The notes under the pieces are model-generated. The model saw only the letters and a program-made list of their open reading frames with translations. It had not been told where the DNA came from and did not search any database. 64,000 nt of DNA, taken from positions 128,318-192,317 of the forward strand of contig CAKQPS010000003.1 in NCBI GenBank assembly GCA_934270475.1, in the 5' to 3' direction. Both the position numbers and the translations under genes were made by a program. This DNA is from an uncultured Alphaproteobacteria bacterium. Lineage in GTDB: Bacteria > Pseudomonadota > Alphaproteobacteria > RF32 > CAG-239. Positions 39,546-49,575 of the stretch are shown piece after piece (the stretch's first letter is position 1; the number at the start of each line of letters is the position of its first letter).

Positions 39546-40328
39546 ATGTTTACAGATAGTCATTGCCATATTAACGCCTCCGATTTTGATAAAGACCGCG
39601 AAGAAACGGTTTTGCGGGCGCGGGAAATGCAGGTCGATTATATTTTAGATGTTTGCGATGATATAGCGGATATGCCGCGGCTGCTTGATTTTTGTCAAAG
39701 CCGTAAGCATATTTATACCACTGCCGGCGTGCACCCTGAATTGGCTGATAAATATCAGAATTTGACGGCGGCACAGATTTTAGAGTTGGCAAAATCGCAA
39801 AAGGTTGTCGGTATCGGCGAATGCGGTTTGGATTATTATTATAACTCCGACATAAAAGAACAGCAGCTCAAAGTACTGTCGGAACATATTAAAGCGGCGC
39901 AGAAAAGCGGCTTGCCGCTGATTATACATAACCGCGATTCCGATGATGATATGATTACTTTGCTTGGCGAAGCTTATAAAAAGCAAAAATTTAAAGGTGA
40001 GCTGCATTGTTTTTCATCATCTGAAAAATTGTTGGAATTTGCGCTTTCGATTGGCTTTTATATTTCCGCTTCCGGTATTATTACTTTTAAAAAAAGCGAA
40101 GATTTGCAGCATATGTTTAAAAATGTGCCGAATGAAAAATTGCTGATTGAAACGGATTCTCCCTATTTGGCTCCGGTTCCGCACCGCGGGCAGCGCAACG
40201 AGCCTGCTTTTGTGGTGAACACGGCGCAGGTTCTTGCCGAGCTGAAAGGATTAAGTGTTGCCGAACTGGCAGATTTAACCACCCGTAACTTTTTAACATT
40301 GTTCAGCAAGGTAAACCCTGATGAGTAA
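39546..40328 (+). CDS. TatD family hydrolase/deoxyribonuclease
   Basis: MFTDSHCHIN..., GECGLDYYY, PLIIHNRD, ETDSPYLAPVPHRGQRNEPAFV. Confidence 0.85.
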   Translation: MFTDSHCHINASDFDKDREETVLRAREMQVDYILDVCDDIADMPRLLDFCQSRKHIYTTAGVHPELADKYQNLTAAQILELAKSQKVVGIGECGLDYYYNSDIKEQQLKVLSEHIKAAQKSGLPLIIHNRDSDDDMITLLGEAYKKQKFKGELHCFSSSEKLLEFALSIGFYISASGIITFKKSEDLQHMFKNVPNEKLLIETDSPYLAPVPHRGQRNEPAFVVNTAQVLAELKGLSVAELADLTTRNFLTLFSKVNPDE

Positions 40329-41106
40329 ATTGATAATTTTAGGCAGCGGAGCCGCCCCAGGAGTTCCGTCAGTTTCCGGCGGCTGGGGAGCCTGCAATCC
40401 GAACAATCCCAAAAACCGCAGGCAGCGTGCCGGAATATATTTAACCGACGGAACAACGCAGATTTTGGTTGATACCTCGCCGGATTTGAAAAATCAGCTT
40501 ATTGCCAACAACATAACAGCCGTTGACGGAGTGCTGTATACACACACGCATGCCGACCATCTGCACGGAATTGACGATTTGCGGGGAATTACACGCAACA
40601 TCAAGCGCAGCTTAAATTTTTATGCCACGAAGCCGCAGATAGCCGAAATTAAGGAGCGTTTCAGCTATGCTTTTTCAAATGTTGAGCATTGGGATATAAC
40701 CAATCACCCCGAGCTTTTACCGGTTGAAATAAAATACGGAGAAAAGTTTGAAATCGGCACTTTTGATATTATGCCGCTGGAGTTCGGCGGGCATACAATG
40801 ATAACCACCGGCTATTGTTTTAAGGGCGGACAAGTGGTGCTTGTGCCTGATTTTAAGTCTATTCCGCCGCAAACTTTGGACTATTTACAAAAAATTGATG
40901 TTGATGTTTTGATTATGCCCTTGACTATGCTGCGTGAGGGCAGGTATCATGCCGGTATTGATATTATTTTGGACAGCGCATCAAAAATTGCCGCCAAAAG
41001 AGTTTTTTTGACCCATATGGCGACCGAATGTGATTTTGATGAAGTCAACCATTTGACGCCGGATAATATGCAGCCGGCTTTTGATAATATGATGATAGAG
41101 TTTTAA
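40321..41106 (+). CDS. MBL-fold metallo-hydrolase (PhnP/GPP-like)
   Basis: HTHADHLHGIDDL HxHxDH motif; 8-nt overlap with the tatD-family gene. Confidence 0.8.
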   Translation: MSKLIILGSGAAPGVPSVSGGWGACNPNNPKNRRQRAGIYLTDGTTQILVDTSPDLKNQLIANNITAVDGVLYTHTHADHLHGIDDLRGITRNIKRSLNFYATKPQIAEIKERFSYAFSNVEHWDITNHPELLPVEIKYGEKFEIGTFDIMPLEFGGHTMITTGYCFKGGQVVLVPDFKSIPPQTLDYLQKIDVDVLIMPLTMLREGRYHAGIDIILDSASKIAAKRVFLTHMATECDFDEVNHLTPDNMQPAFDNMMIEF

Positions 41107-41117
41107 GGAGTGTATAA

Positions 41118-41999
41118 ATGCTGTGTATTTACCACATTGCCGACCACGATGGGAAAGGTTCGGCGGCGATTGTAAAAAGTAAATTTCCGGAAATTGAGCT
41201 TATGGGTTTGAACCATGATATGGAAATTCCGTATGAAGAAATAGAAAAACACGACAAACTGGTAATTTGCGATATTGCTTTGCCGGTTAAATATATGCTT
41301 GAACTCAACAAAAAAGTTGACTTGACTTGGATTGACCACCATGTTTCGGTTATCAAAGAATATGACGAATTGATGAAAACCGGCGAATATGAACCGATTA
41401 AGGGTGTGCGCAAAGTCGGTACTGCCGCCATTGTTTTGACATGGGGCTATTTCTATCCTGAAAAAGAACTTCCGGAAGGTATCCGCCTGCTGGGGCTGAA
41501 TGATATTTATGATTTGCGAGACCGTAGAGTCCGTCCGTTTGAATATGCTATTCAAACTTTTGGCGTTAATCGTCCGACAGATAAAATTTGGACGCAGTTA
41601 ATGAACAATGAAGTAGACATCAAAGCCATGGTAGAAAAAGGCTCGGCGATTTTATCATGGGTGCGCCATCGCAACTATCGTTTGGTGCGCGGCATGGGCT
41701 TTGAAAGCGAGTATAAAGGAATGCGCTGCATCTGTGCCAATATGGCTCAAGGTCAGTCCGAATTTTTTGATTCGCTGGAAAATATCAAGGATTTTGATTT
41801 TATGGTAATTTTCTTTATGAACAAGAAAAATTTGTGGAATATGACATTTTACACCGCTAAAAGCAATGTTGATGTTTCGCTGATAGCCAAGGAATTCGGC
41901 GGCGGCGGTCATGCTAAAGCGGCTGGAGCTTCCTCATTAAAAGAGCTGCCGGACTTTTTGAAAAACGGCAAGCCGTGGAGCAAACCTCAGCAAAATTAA
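41118..41999 (+). CDS. DHH-DHHA1 family phosphoesterase (NrnA-like)
   Basis: DHDGKGSAAI (motif I-II), WIDHHVS (DHH motif), GGGGHAKAAG (DHHA1 GGGH motif). Confidence 0.6.
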   Translation: MLCIYHIADHDGKGSAAIVKSKFPEIELMGLNHDMEIPYEEIEKHDKLVICDIALPVKYMLELNKKVDLTWIDHHVSVIKEYDELMKTGEYEPIKGVRKVGTAAIVLTWGYFYPEKELPEGIRLLGLNDIYDLRDRRVRPFEYAIQTFGVNRPTDKIWTQLMNNEVDIKAMVEKGSAILSWVRHRNYRLVRGMGFESEYKGMRCICANMAQGQSEFFDSLENIKDFDFMVIFFMNKKNLWNMTFYTAKSNVDVSLIAKEFGGGGHAKAAGASSLKELPDFLKNGKPWSKPQQN

Positions 42000-42099
42000 A
42001 AATCGTTTCCATTAAAAAAATCATTTTTGCTTAATAAAAAGGATTTTTTTTTGCATCATACTTGACAAAATTTGTAAAAATGCTAAACTAAAGCAGTTT

Positions 42100-42600
42100 T
42101 TGTATTATTCAGTTATAATTTTAATTTTTAGGCTTATGGAAAATACAGCTGAGAAAATTGCGTTGGAACATTGCCGCTTAGGCTATGTTGATAAGACCGG
42201 TAATCTTGAAATTTTATCGGTTTTGGATTTGTCTAGAAAAGACGAAATAAAGTGGATTGAGTGCGGTCATACGTTTGTCGCCCTCAAAAACTCAGGTTTC
42301 GGCAGATGGGACACCGTTATGCACCGCGAAAAGCCGCTTTTGACCAAAGGCAGAGTTTCGTTGCCTCTCGTTGGAGGATTGGCAGACTGCTTTGTTAACC
42401 GCTTCAAGTTCAAGCAGACTGTGCGTCTTTTGCGCGCACACGGCGTAGATGCCGATGATTGGCTTGAGGGCTGGTATTGGTCTTGCGAGGAACTAGGCTA
42501 CGACGGCAATCAGATTCACACATTTGAGATGTCCAGCGGAGCGTACTCTGTGCACGACCGCCTTGACACAAACGGTTTTGTCCGTTACGCGCTGCTCTAA
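42100..42600 (+). CDS. hypothetical protein (start possibly ATG 42136)
   Basis: 166-aa ORF followed by a clear terminator; no family recognised. Confidence 0.4.
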   Translation: MYYSVIILIFRLMENTAEKIALEHCRLGYVDKTGNLEILSVLDLSRKDEIKWIECGHTFVALKNSGFGRWDTVMHREKPLLTKGRVSLPLVGGLADCFVNRFKFKQTVRLLRAHGVDADDWLEGWYWSCEELGYDGNQIHTFEMSSGAYSVHDRLDTNGFVRYALL

Positions 42601-42610
42601 AACAAGGAAA

Positions 42611-42645
42611 AGCCGGTAAAGTTTTTAACTTTGCCGGTTTTTAGT
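42611..42645 (+). terminator. rho-independent terminator
   Basis: aaagccggtaaag-tttttaa-ctttgccggttttt; 9-bp stem with one G.U, then T5. Confidence 0.6.
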
Positions 42646-42710
42646 GAGTGATAAAATAAAGCCAATGCCGTGCTTTATAAGTTGTTTAATCCTATAGTTT
42701 TTTTATTTTT

Positions 42711-43052
42711 ATGGAAAAATTCTTAATTCACACGCCATGTGCATTGCTTTTGTTTGATGAGCAAAAGTGTGCATTGTCGGCGGTATCGACTTTTGATGCG
42801 GAAGTCCGCAAAAAAGTTCAGGCAGTTGTTTGCGATGGCTTTGTCTTTGCCTTAAACAGGTTTGGCAACCGGCTATTGACTGAGTTGTCTTTAGACGAGG
42901 CTTGTTTGAAAGCCATTGCCCCCAAGGACATGGCGCAGGCTGAAAAAGCCAAAAACAACAGCCTGCTGAAAAAAACGATTGCAATGCTGCGCTCTCATTG
43001 CGAGATTGATGACGGCGTAGTGATGTCACCTCTGCTCATTTGGCAGAAATAA
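42711..43052 (+). CDS. hypothetical protein
   Basis: 113-aa ORF; no recognisable motifs. Confidence 0.3.
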   Translation: MEKFLIHTPCALLLFDEQKCALSAVSTFDAEVRKKVQAVVCDGFVFALNRFGNRLLTELSLDEACLKAIAPKDMAQAEKAKNNSLLKKTIAMLRSHCEIDDGVVMSPLLIWQK

Positions 43053-43076
43053 CCGAAAAATCCCCTTAAAAATCAG

Positions 43077-44342
43077 TTGTTTTTAAGGGGATTTTTGTAT
43101 ATAGTGCTTGAACAGATAAGGAGAAAACAAATGCAGCTCAGTGCCAAATATCAAGCCGTTTTAGAAGTTATTACGCAGATTTTTCAAGACAAATATCCTG
43201 CTGATAACATTTTGAAAGAATATCTGCGCAATCGTAAATATATTGGTTCCAAAGACCGGAAGTTTATCACCAACACGGTGTGGGATATTATTCGTCATCG
43301 CAGCCGTTTGGAGTTTGACTGTGAAAGCACAGAGCCTCGTTTGCTGCTGCTTGCTTATTTAAAAGACGAGGATTTTGATGTGATTGCCTCCGGTTCGGAA
43401 TATGGCTTGAAACCGCTGACTAAAGACGAAAAATATAAATTGGCGCATTTAAGAGAAGATGTCTATCCGGAATATGTTGAAAAAGAATGTCCGCAGTGGC
43501 TCTATGAAAAAATCGGTGATGCGGCATTGGCGGCAAGCTTGAATACCACTGCGCCGGCAGATGTGCGCGCTAATTTCATCAGTCGGGAAGAGGCTAAAAA
43601 TAAGCTGCAGAAAGAGGGGCTTTTCTTTTCATTTACGCCGTATTCGCCTTATGGTCTGCGTTCGGCGGAAAGAGTGAATCTGCAAAATTGCGTGGCGTAT
43701 CAAAACGGCGATATTGAAGTGCAGGACGAAGCATCGCAACTGGGAGCGATTCTCTGTGATGTGCGCAGCAATCACCATATTATTGACTATTGCTGCGGCG
43801 GAGGCGGAAAAAGCCTGCTGCTGGGTGCAATTCTGCATAACGACGGCTTGATTTATGCGCATGACAAAAACTTTAACCGTATGGACGGCTTAAAGGCAAG
43901 AGCCGATCGTTTGGGCATTAAAAATATTAAAATAATCCGTGAAATCGCTGCTGGAGATAAATTTGACCGCTTTATTGTTGATGCGCCGTGTTCGGGCAGC
44001 GGTACATGGCGGCGCTCGCCTGATGCAAAATACCGCTTGACCGCGAACCATCTGAAAACAATTGAAAAAGCGCAAGCCGAGATTTTGGATATTGCCGCAA
44101 AACATATTGCCGATAATGGTCGGATTATTTATATGACCTGCTCCGTTTTGCCGGAAGAAAATGAGCGGCAGATAGAAAAGTTTTTGCAAAATCATTCGGA
44201 TTTTTCAACAGTGAATATGAAAAATTTGTGGGAGCGGAAACTGGAGCAAAATTATCCGTTTGCTGAAACCCGCTGGCTGAAATGCTCGCCTATTTTAACC
44301 GGTACGGACGGTTTCTTTGTCTGTGCTTTGCAAAAGAAATAA
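43077..44342 (+). CDS. rsmB: 16S rRNA (cytosine967-C5)-methyltransferase RsmB/Sun family; probable start ATG 43131
   Basis: N-terminal NusB-like domain; SAM-binding DYCCGGGGKS; catalytic DAPCSGSGTWRR and MTCS motifs; AAGGAGAAAA Shine-Dalgarno before 43131. Confidence 0.8.
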   Translation: MFLRGFLYIVLEQIRRKQMQLSAKYQAVLEVITQIFQDKYPADNILKEYLRNRKYIGSKDRKFITNTVWDIIRHRSRLEFDCESTEPRLLLLAYLKDEDFDVIASGSEYGLKPLTKDEKYKLAHLREDVYPEYVEKECPQWLYEKIGDAALAASLNTTAPADVRANFISREEAKNKLQKEGLFFSFTPYSPYGLRSAERVNLQNCVAYQNGDIEVQDEASQLGAILCDVRSNHHIIDYCCGGGGKSLLLGAILHNDGLIYAHDKNFNRMDGLKARADRLGIKNIKIIREIAAGDKFDRFIVDAPCSGSGTWRRSPDAKYRLTANHLKTIEKAQAEILDIAAKHIADNGRIIYMTCSVLPEENERQIEKFLQNHSDFSTVNMKNLWERKLEQNYPFAETRWLKCSPILTGTDGFFVCALQKK

Positions 44343-44357
44343 ACTGTAACGTTTTGT

Positions 44358-45230
44358 GTGTTGCAATCTGCCGCCGCTAAGTCTAGTCTTGCGGTTAACA
44401 GATATTTTAAATTTTTTAAGAGGATTAAAAATATGGCTAAAATTCATGCTACTGCTGTTGTTGAAGACGGCGCGCAAATTGCAGACAGCGCAGAAATCGG
44501 ACCATTCTGCTGGGTAAGTTCCCAAGCTAAAATCGGCGAAAACGTACGTTTGCTGGGGCAAGTTACCATTTATGGCGATACCACAATCGGCGAAGGGACT
44601 GTTGTTTTCCCTGGTGCCAGACTGGGTTGCGGACCGCAGGATCACGGCAATGAATTTCAGCCGGGGGCGCGCCTGATTATCGGCAAGCGCAATGTAATCC
44701 GTGAAAACGTGACAATGCACGCCGGAACTCCGAAAGAACATCTGACAACCGTTGTCGGTGATGATGGTATGTTTATGATTAACTCGCACGTTGCGCATGA
44801 CTGCGTGGTCGGCAACAATGTAATTATGACCAACAATGCCGTAATCGGTGGACACGTTCATTTGGGCGACGGCGTGATTTTGGGCGGCAATTGCGCTGTG
44901 CACCAGTTTGTACATATTGGGCGCAAAGCTATGGTCGGCGGCGTTTCAGGCATTGCCCGCGACATTATTCCGTTTGGTATTGCCAATGGTATGCCGGCGC
45001 ACCTGCGCGGTTTGAATGTTATCGGTTTGAAACGCAGCGGTTTGGAAGAAAGTGTTATCAAATCTTGCACCCGTGCCTTTATGTTTATTTTTAAGGGTTC
45101 TAACGGCACTTTTGAAGAACGTGTCGCGCAGGCTGCGGAAAAATATAAAGACAATAAAATGGTTATGGAACAAATCAAATTTATCCAAGAGTCTTTGGCT
45201 GGCAAGCGTAATTTGACAATTGCCGACTGA
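44358..45230 (+). CDS. lpxA: acyl-ACP--UDP-N-acetylglucosamine O-acyltransferase; probable start ATG 44433
   Basis: MAKIHATAVVEDGAQIADSAEIGPFCWV hexapeptide repeats throughout, then the LpxA C-terminal helical domain; AAGAGGA Shine-Dalgarno. Confidence 0.85.
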   Translation: MLQSAAAKSSLAVNRYFKFFKRIKNMAKIHATAVVEDGAQIADSAEIGPFCWVSSQAKIGENVRLLGQVTIYGDTTIGEGTVVFPGARLGCGPQDHGNEFQPGARLIIGKRNVIRENVTMHAGTPKEHLTTVVGDDGMFMINSHVAHDCVVGNNVIMTNNAVIGGHVHLGDGVILGGNCAVHQFVHIGRKAMVGGVSGIARDIIPFGIANGMPAHLRGLNVIGLKRSGLEESVIKSCTRAFMFIFKGSNGTFEERVAQAAEKYKDNKMVMEQIKFIQESLAGKRNLTIAD

Positions 45231-45329
45231 TAACATCAGTTAAATTCAAATTTTTTTAGAGCTTCTTTATATAAGAGGCTCCTTTTTTGTATAATAATTT
45301 TACAAATAAACAAAATTTGACAAATTTTT

Positions 45330-46814
45330 TTGTTGCACAGTTTGAAAAAATATGGTTTAATAAGGCAAAATAATTTATTAGCAAGGATGATGCCCATGTC
45401 TGAAGATTTGAATAATGCAACCGAACAAAATGCTGAAGAGCAGCAAGAGCAAAACAACGAACAGCCTCAGCCGAATGTTGCTCAAAACATAAACGAAATC
45501 GAGCCTTTGGATGAAGATGTGTTTCGTGAAAAGCTGCTGCAGGATTTATTTACTAAGCCTGAAAACAGTCCTGAAAAAATATGGCTTGATGACGAGGTTA
45601 GAGAGTGGTTTGAAAGTCAAGGCACTCCGCTGAATGACAACTCTCTTGATATGGAAGTTGATATTCACAGCGAAATGGGTGAAAAAATCTATCAGGATTA
45701 TTTGGATACTATTTGCTATAAGGTCAAAACAGATACTTTTTCTTTGAATGCCGATAAGGTCAACAGTGCGTTTGAAACTATGTATGATTTTGCGGCTGTG
45801 CGGTTTGCAAATGAACTCAGCATCGGTAAAATGGATAAAGTGATAAAAGCTCGTTTCGAGACAATACCGCAGCTGGACGAAGCCTATTTTGTGGCAACAA
45901 TCGGGCGAGATTTATACGGAATGATGAATAGCAATGAGGTGAAAACTTCTCAGATAGAAGTGGAAAATAAAATCCAAACTTTGGAGGATTTGCATGACGT
46001 CAATGTTATCGACAACGAGCAAATGGCGCTGGGCTATCATAATATTGCAATTGTGCTGGAACGTATGTCCCGTAACAAAAGCGAAGGTTCCGGTACCAAT
46101 AAAGAGCGTTTGGCGTCGTATGACTATATGAGCAAGGCTTTGCGCTTAACCGCCGACCCACAGCTGATTAAAACCTGTTACGAATATTTACCGAATACGC
46201 AGGGCAATAAGATGCTGTATGTTCGTGAAGCGTGCGACAGAGCTTTGGTGGCAAATGACTGCGATAAAACAGCTTTGTATAAAATTCACACCATTTACAG
46301 CAAAACTTTGGAAATTGAAAATAACACCTCGCACTTTACCCTTGTGTCAGATGAAAACTATGCCGAGGCAATGTATCATTATCAAGAAGCTTTTGCAAAT
46401 GCCAACACTAAGGAACGCCAAGCAAAAGTGCTGCGCAATATGGCAAAATTGCAAAAGAACGCCGATAAGGCGGCATCGTATGTCACCCGTGCCGAACTGG
46501 CAGAGCATTATTTAACCGGCAAAGCTAAAGTTCGCGAATTGCTGCGTTTGGCGTCAGATGTTTCTAAGCCTGAAACTAAACAGGCTTTGTACGAAAGCGC
46601 CGCAAATGAGCTTATTGACAGTGCGGAAATTAAAAACGGCGAAAAATCTTTGCTATTGTCCAATGTAATTCATCATTTGCGCCCGCTCTACGGCAACAAT
46701 AAAACCAAACTGGATAATTTGGATAAATTAGAAAAACAATATTGCACCAAGCCTAAAAATAAAGAATTTTCATTGCTGCGTGCGTCATCAAAAGGAAATG
46801 ATTATTTTAACTAA
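45330..46814 (+). CDS. hypothetical protein with an acidic Gln/Glu-rich N-terminus (start probably ATG about 45387)
   Basis: 494-aa ORF; EEQQEQNNEQPQPN low-complexity region then a helical body; no family recognised. Confidence 0.4.
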   Translation: MLHSLKKYGLIRQNNLLARMMPMSEDLNNATEQNAEEQQEQNNEQPQPNVAQNINEIEPLDEDVFREKLLQDLFTKPENSPEKIWLDDEVREWFESQGTPLNDNSLDMEVDIHSEMGEKIYQDYLDTICYKVKTDTFSLNADKVNSAFETMYDFAAVRFANELSIGKMDKVIKARFETIPQLDEAYFVATIGRDLYGMMNSNEVKTSQIEVENKIQTLEDLHDVNVIDNEQMALGYHNIAIVLERMSRNKSEGSGTNKERLASYDYMSKALRLTADPQLIKTCYEYLPNTQGNKMLYVREACDRALVANDCDKTALYKIHTIYSKTLEIENNTSHFTLVSDENYAEAMYHYQEAFANANTKERQAKVLRNMAKLQKNADKAASYVTRAELAEHYLTGKAKVRELLRLASDVSKPETKQALYESAANELIDSAEIKNGEKSLLLSNVIHHLRPLYGNNKTKLDNLDKLEKQYCTKPKNKEFSLLRASSKGNDYFN

Positions 46815-46827
46815 ATAAATCTCAACT

Positions 46828-46860
46828 AGAAAAATAAACCGAAACTGCTGAAGTTCTGGT
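46828..46860. terminator. bidirectional terminator between convergent genes
   Basis: aaaccgaaact-gctgaag-ttctggttt hairpin followed by T-run. Confidence 0.5.
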
Positions 46861-46888
46861 TTATTTTTTTGTTGGTTGAAATGGCTTA

Positions 46889-47755
46889 TTACAAGGTGTT
46901 GCTTTTAGTAAGTTTTAAGGCGCTATGCATAACTTTAGGTCGAGTTGGCGCCGGTGCGGCGGTTGATGTTTGTTCCGGTTGCTGATGTTGAATTTTAGCC
47001 CGCAATTCGGCTAGTTTTTCATCTACTTTGACAGCGCCGGATTTGCCTTCAAGTTTCATTCTGGCGATTTCTTTTTCTTTCATTTCTTTATGAAACGCCG
47101 TAGGTTTGCCGTTAAACATAATATTGTGCATATAGTCTGTTTTTGCGTCAAACCAAAATTTATTCAATTTTCCTTCATAAATAGTCGTGTCTGGCGATAT
47201 TTTGTTGCCTTTTTTATCATAAAAGGCAACAAATCTTGATATACTGTCGTTTGTGCTTTTTTGAACCCATTTCCCATGGATTTTTCCTTTGCGGTACCAG
47301 CCGTAAGAAACTGTTTTGCCGTCATCGGAATAACGCAGGCAAGGACCGTCCAAACGTCCGTTCTTATCAACGACACTGCGGCTCATCAGCTTGGTTTTTG
47401 CCGAATCATAATAGTTTTCCTGCAGCCGATGTCCGTCATTGTTGCAAGATTTCAGATAGCGTTCAAAAGCATTTAGATTTTGTTTTTTGGGCGCGGTGAT
47501 TTGCGCTTTTTCAGTATCGGGCAAGGCTGAATGTAAAAACATATACACGTTAATAAAGCGTTTTCTCAGCCCAAAGCTGCTGTCTCTATAAAATCGTGCC
47601 GGAGTTTTTGCTTGCAATGCGCTGTTTTCAGAAAACATTTGTCCCTCCACGCTAGAGTATTTATATAAATATAGTATAGCAATTTTGTACAAAATAACAA
47701 GATTTTTTTGAGATTTTTGGGTGATTTTATAAATATTCCTTGCAAATAGCCGCAA
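46889..47755 (-). CDS. MORN/YwqK-type repeat protein (start uncertain)
   Basis: YSDDGKTVSYGWYRKGKIHGKWVQ and FYDKKGNKISPDTTIYEGKLNKFWF repeat-like units similar to the N-terminus of the 757 protein. Confidence 0.45.
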   Translation of the reverse strand: MRLFARNIYKITQKSQKNLVILYKIAILYLYKYSSVEGQMFSENSALQAKTPARFYRDSSFGLRKRFINVYMFLHSALPDTEKAQITAPKKQNLNAFERYLKSCNNDGHRLQENYYDSAKTKLMSRSVVDKNGRLDGPCLRYSDDGKTVSYGWYRKGKIHGKWVQKSTNDSISRFVAFYDKKGNKISPDTTIYEGKLNKFWFDAKTDYMHNIMFNGKPTAFHKEMKEKEIARMKLEGKSGAVKVDEKLAELRAKIQHQQPEQTSTAAPAPTRPKVMHSALKLTKSNTL

Positions 47756-47901
47756 AACGGAATAAAATAAAATTGCATATAATAAGTATTGTGGATGTGA
47801 TTGTGAAAATTTCAGTTTTTTTCATGCTCTTTTTTTTGAAGAGAAAATATCCGCAGACTTTATTGTTTTTTCGAGTTGTCTAATCATTAAAAATTACAGG
47901 T

Positions 47902-48252
47902 ATGAAAAAGACTTTGTTCAGTGTTATAGTGCTCGTTGCTGCGTTTGTTACAATTATGTTGGTGGGTGCTAAGTCTAACAACGTTGTTGTGAATTTGGAT
48001 AGCGGAGATGGTATTCAGTACATGCTTTACGCCGCTTTGTCGGTTGGCTGTGCTTTGTGTGCCTCTGCTTATTTCAAAACAAACCGCAAAAAGTGCGCAA
48101 TACTTGCGTTGCTTGCCGCACTGATTCCTGCTCTTGCCGGAGTAACAACATTTATTGTTGCCGGTTTGTTCAGCGGAATCATCGCTGTGGCTACAGATGC
48201 AAGCGTTACGGAGTGGTTCAAGAACTTGTCTGCTCCCGAAACTGAGGAATAA
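47902..48252 (+). CDS. small membrane protein (3 predicted TM helices)
   Basis: 116-aa hydrophobic ORF followed by a strong terminator. Confidence 0.4.
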   Translation: MKKTLFSVIVLVAAFVTIMLVGAKSNNVVVNLDSGDGIQYMLYAALSVGCALCASAYFKTNRKKCAILALLAALIPALAGVTTFIVAGLFSGIIAVATDASVTEWFKNLSAPETEE

Positions 48253-48297
48253 CACGAAAACACCGTTATCTTGTATAGAGATAACGGTGTTTTTTTG
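48252..48297 (+). terminator. rho-independent terminator
   Basis: aaacaccgttatct-cttgtatag-agataacggtgttttttt; 12-bp perfect stem plus T7. Confidence 0.65.
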
Positions 48298-48347
48298 TAC
48301 GGCTATGTGCATAACCTGCCGTAAATTTTTGAAAAATACAGTGTTTA

Positions 48348-49544
48348 TTGTATAATACAGCAAATTTAAATTGTACTGTACAGGTGAAGAGTATGGAAAA
48401 TCAAGAGAATAAAAAAATTGTTGTGCTGCAGGTTTTGCCTGAATTGGGGCAGGGCGGAGTAGAGCTCGGCACCATTGAAATTGCTTCAGAGCTGCAAAAA
48501 CGCGGTATTGAAAACTATGTCGCCTCAGAAGGTGGACGTATGGAATATAATTTGGAACGTATCAAAGTTAAGCATTTTACGTTGCCGCTGAAAACTAAAA
48601 ATATATTTAAAATGTATCTGAATTCGCTGCGTTTGGCGCGGATTATCAAAAAATACGGCATTACCATTGTGCATGCCCGTTCGCGCGCTCCGGCTTGGAG
48701 TGCTTATTGGGCGGCAAAACGCTGCGGCGTGCATTTTGTAACCACCTTTCACGGCACCTATGGCTTGGGTCCGTGGGGTATTAAGAAATTTTACAACAAA
48801 ATAATGACTTACGGCGAACAGGTGATTGCTATTTCCAACCACATCAAGCAGCATATTTTGAAAAATTATAAAACGGATGAAAGCAAGATTCGCTTGATTC
48901 ACCGCTGCGTGAATATGGAAAATTTCAATGTGGAAACCACTTCCGCCGAACGAATGATTAAGTATTTGGAAGATAATCATATTCCGGAAGATAAGCCGAT
49001 TGTTACATTGATTGGTCGTCTGACAAATTGGAAAGGGCAAAAACTGCTGATTGAAGCCTTGCATCTGATTGATGATGAAGATTTTTTCTGCGTGATAATC
49101 GGCGACGACCAAGGACGCAAAAAATATTCGGCGGAATTGCGCAAAATGATTGACAACTATAATATGACAGACCGCTTCTTATTTATCCGCAATGTCAAGG
49201 ATATTCCGGCGGCAATGATGGTTTCGGACGTTGTGCTTTCAACCTCTATTGAGCCGGAGGCTTTCGGTCGCATTGCGATTGAAGGGCAGGCTATGGGCAG
49301 AGTCGTAGTTGCTTCCAATATCGGCGGTTCGGTAGAAACCGTGATAGACGGCGTGACCGGCAGGCTTTATGAAAGCACCAGCGCTAAGGCTTTGGCAGAG
49401 GCTATTAAATGGGCTTTGCATCTTTCGACCGAAGAAAGAGAAAAAATCGGCGCTGCCGGTATAAAAAATGTAAAAGAACATTTTACAAAACAAATTATGT
49501 GTGATAAAACGATTGAGGTTTATAAAGAATTGATAAACTTATAG
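48348..49544 (+). CDS. glycosyltransferase family 4 (RfaG-like); probable start ATG 48393
   Basis: N-terminal GGVE motif (GQGGVELGTIEIASEL), C-terminal EAFGRIAIEGQAMGRVVVASNIGG (E-x7-E GT4 motif). Confidence 0.8.
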   Translation: MYNTANLNCTVQVKSMENQENKKIVVLQVLPELGQGGVELGTIEIASELQKRGIENYVASEGGRMEYNLERIKVKHFTLPLKTKNIFKMYLNSLRLARIIKKYGITIVHARSRAPAWSAYWAAKRCGVHFVTTFHGTYGLGPWGIKKFYNKIMTYGEQVIAISNHIKQHILKNYKTDESKIRLIHRCVNMENFNVETTSAERMIKYLEDNHIPEDKPIVTLIGRLTNWKGQKLLIEALHLIDDEDFFCVIIGDDQGRKKYSAELRKMIDNYNMTDRFLFIRNVKDIPAAMMVSDVVLSTSIEPEAFGRIAIEGQAMGRVVVASNIGGSVETVIDGVTGRLYESTSAKALAEAIKWALHLSTEEREKIGAAGIKNVKEHFTKQIMCDKTIEVYKELINL

Positions 49545-49575
49545 TGAACTTTTTAATAGTGAAAAGGTAGATAAA

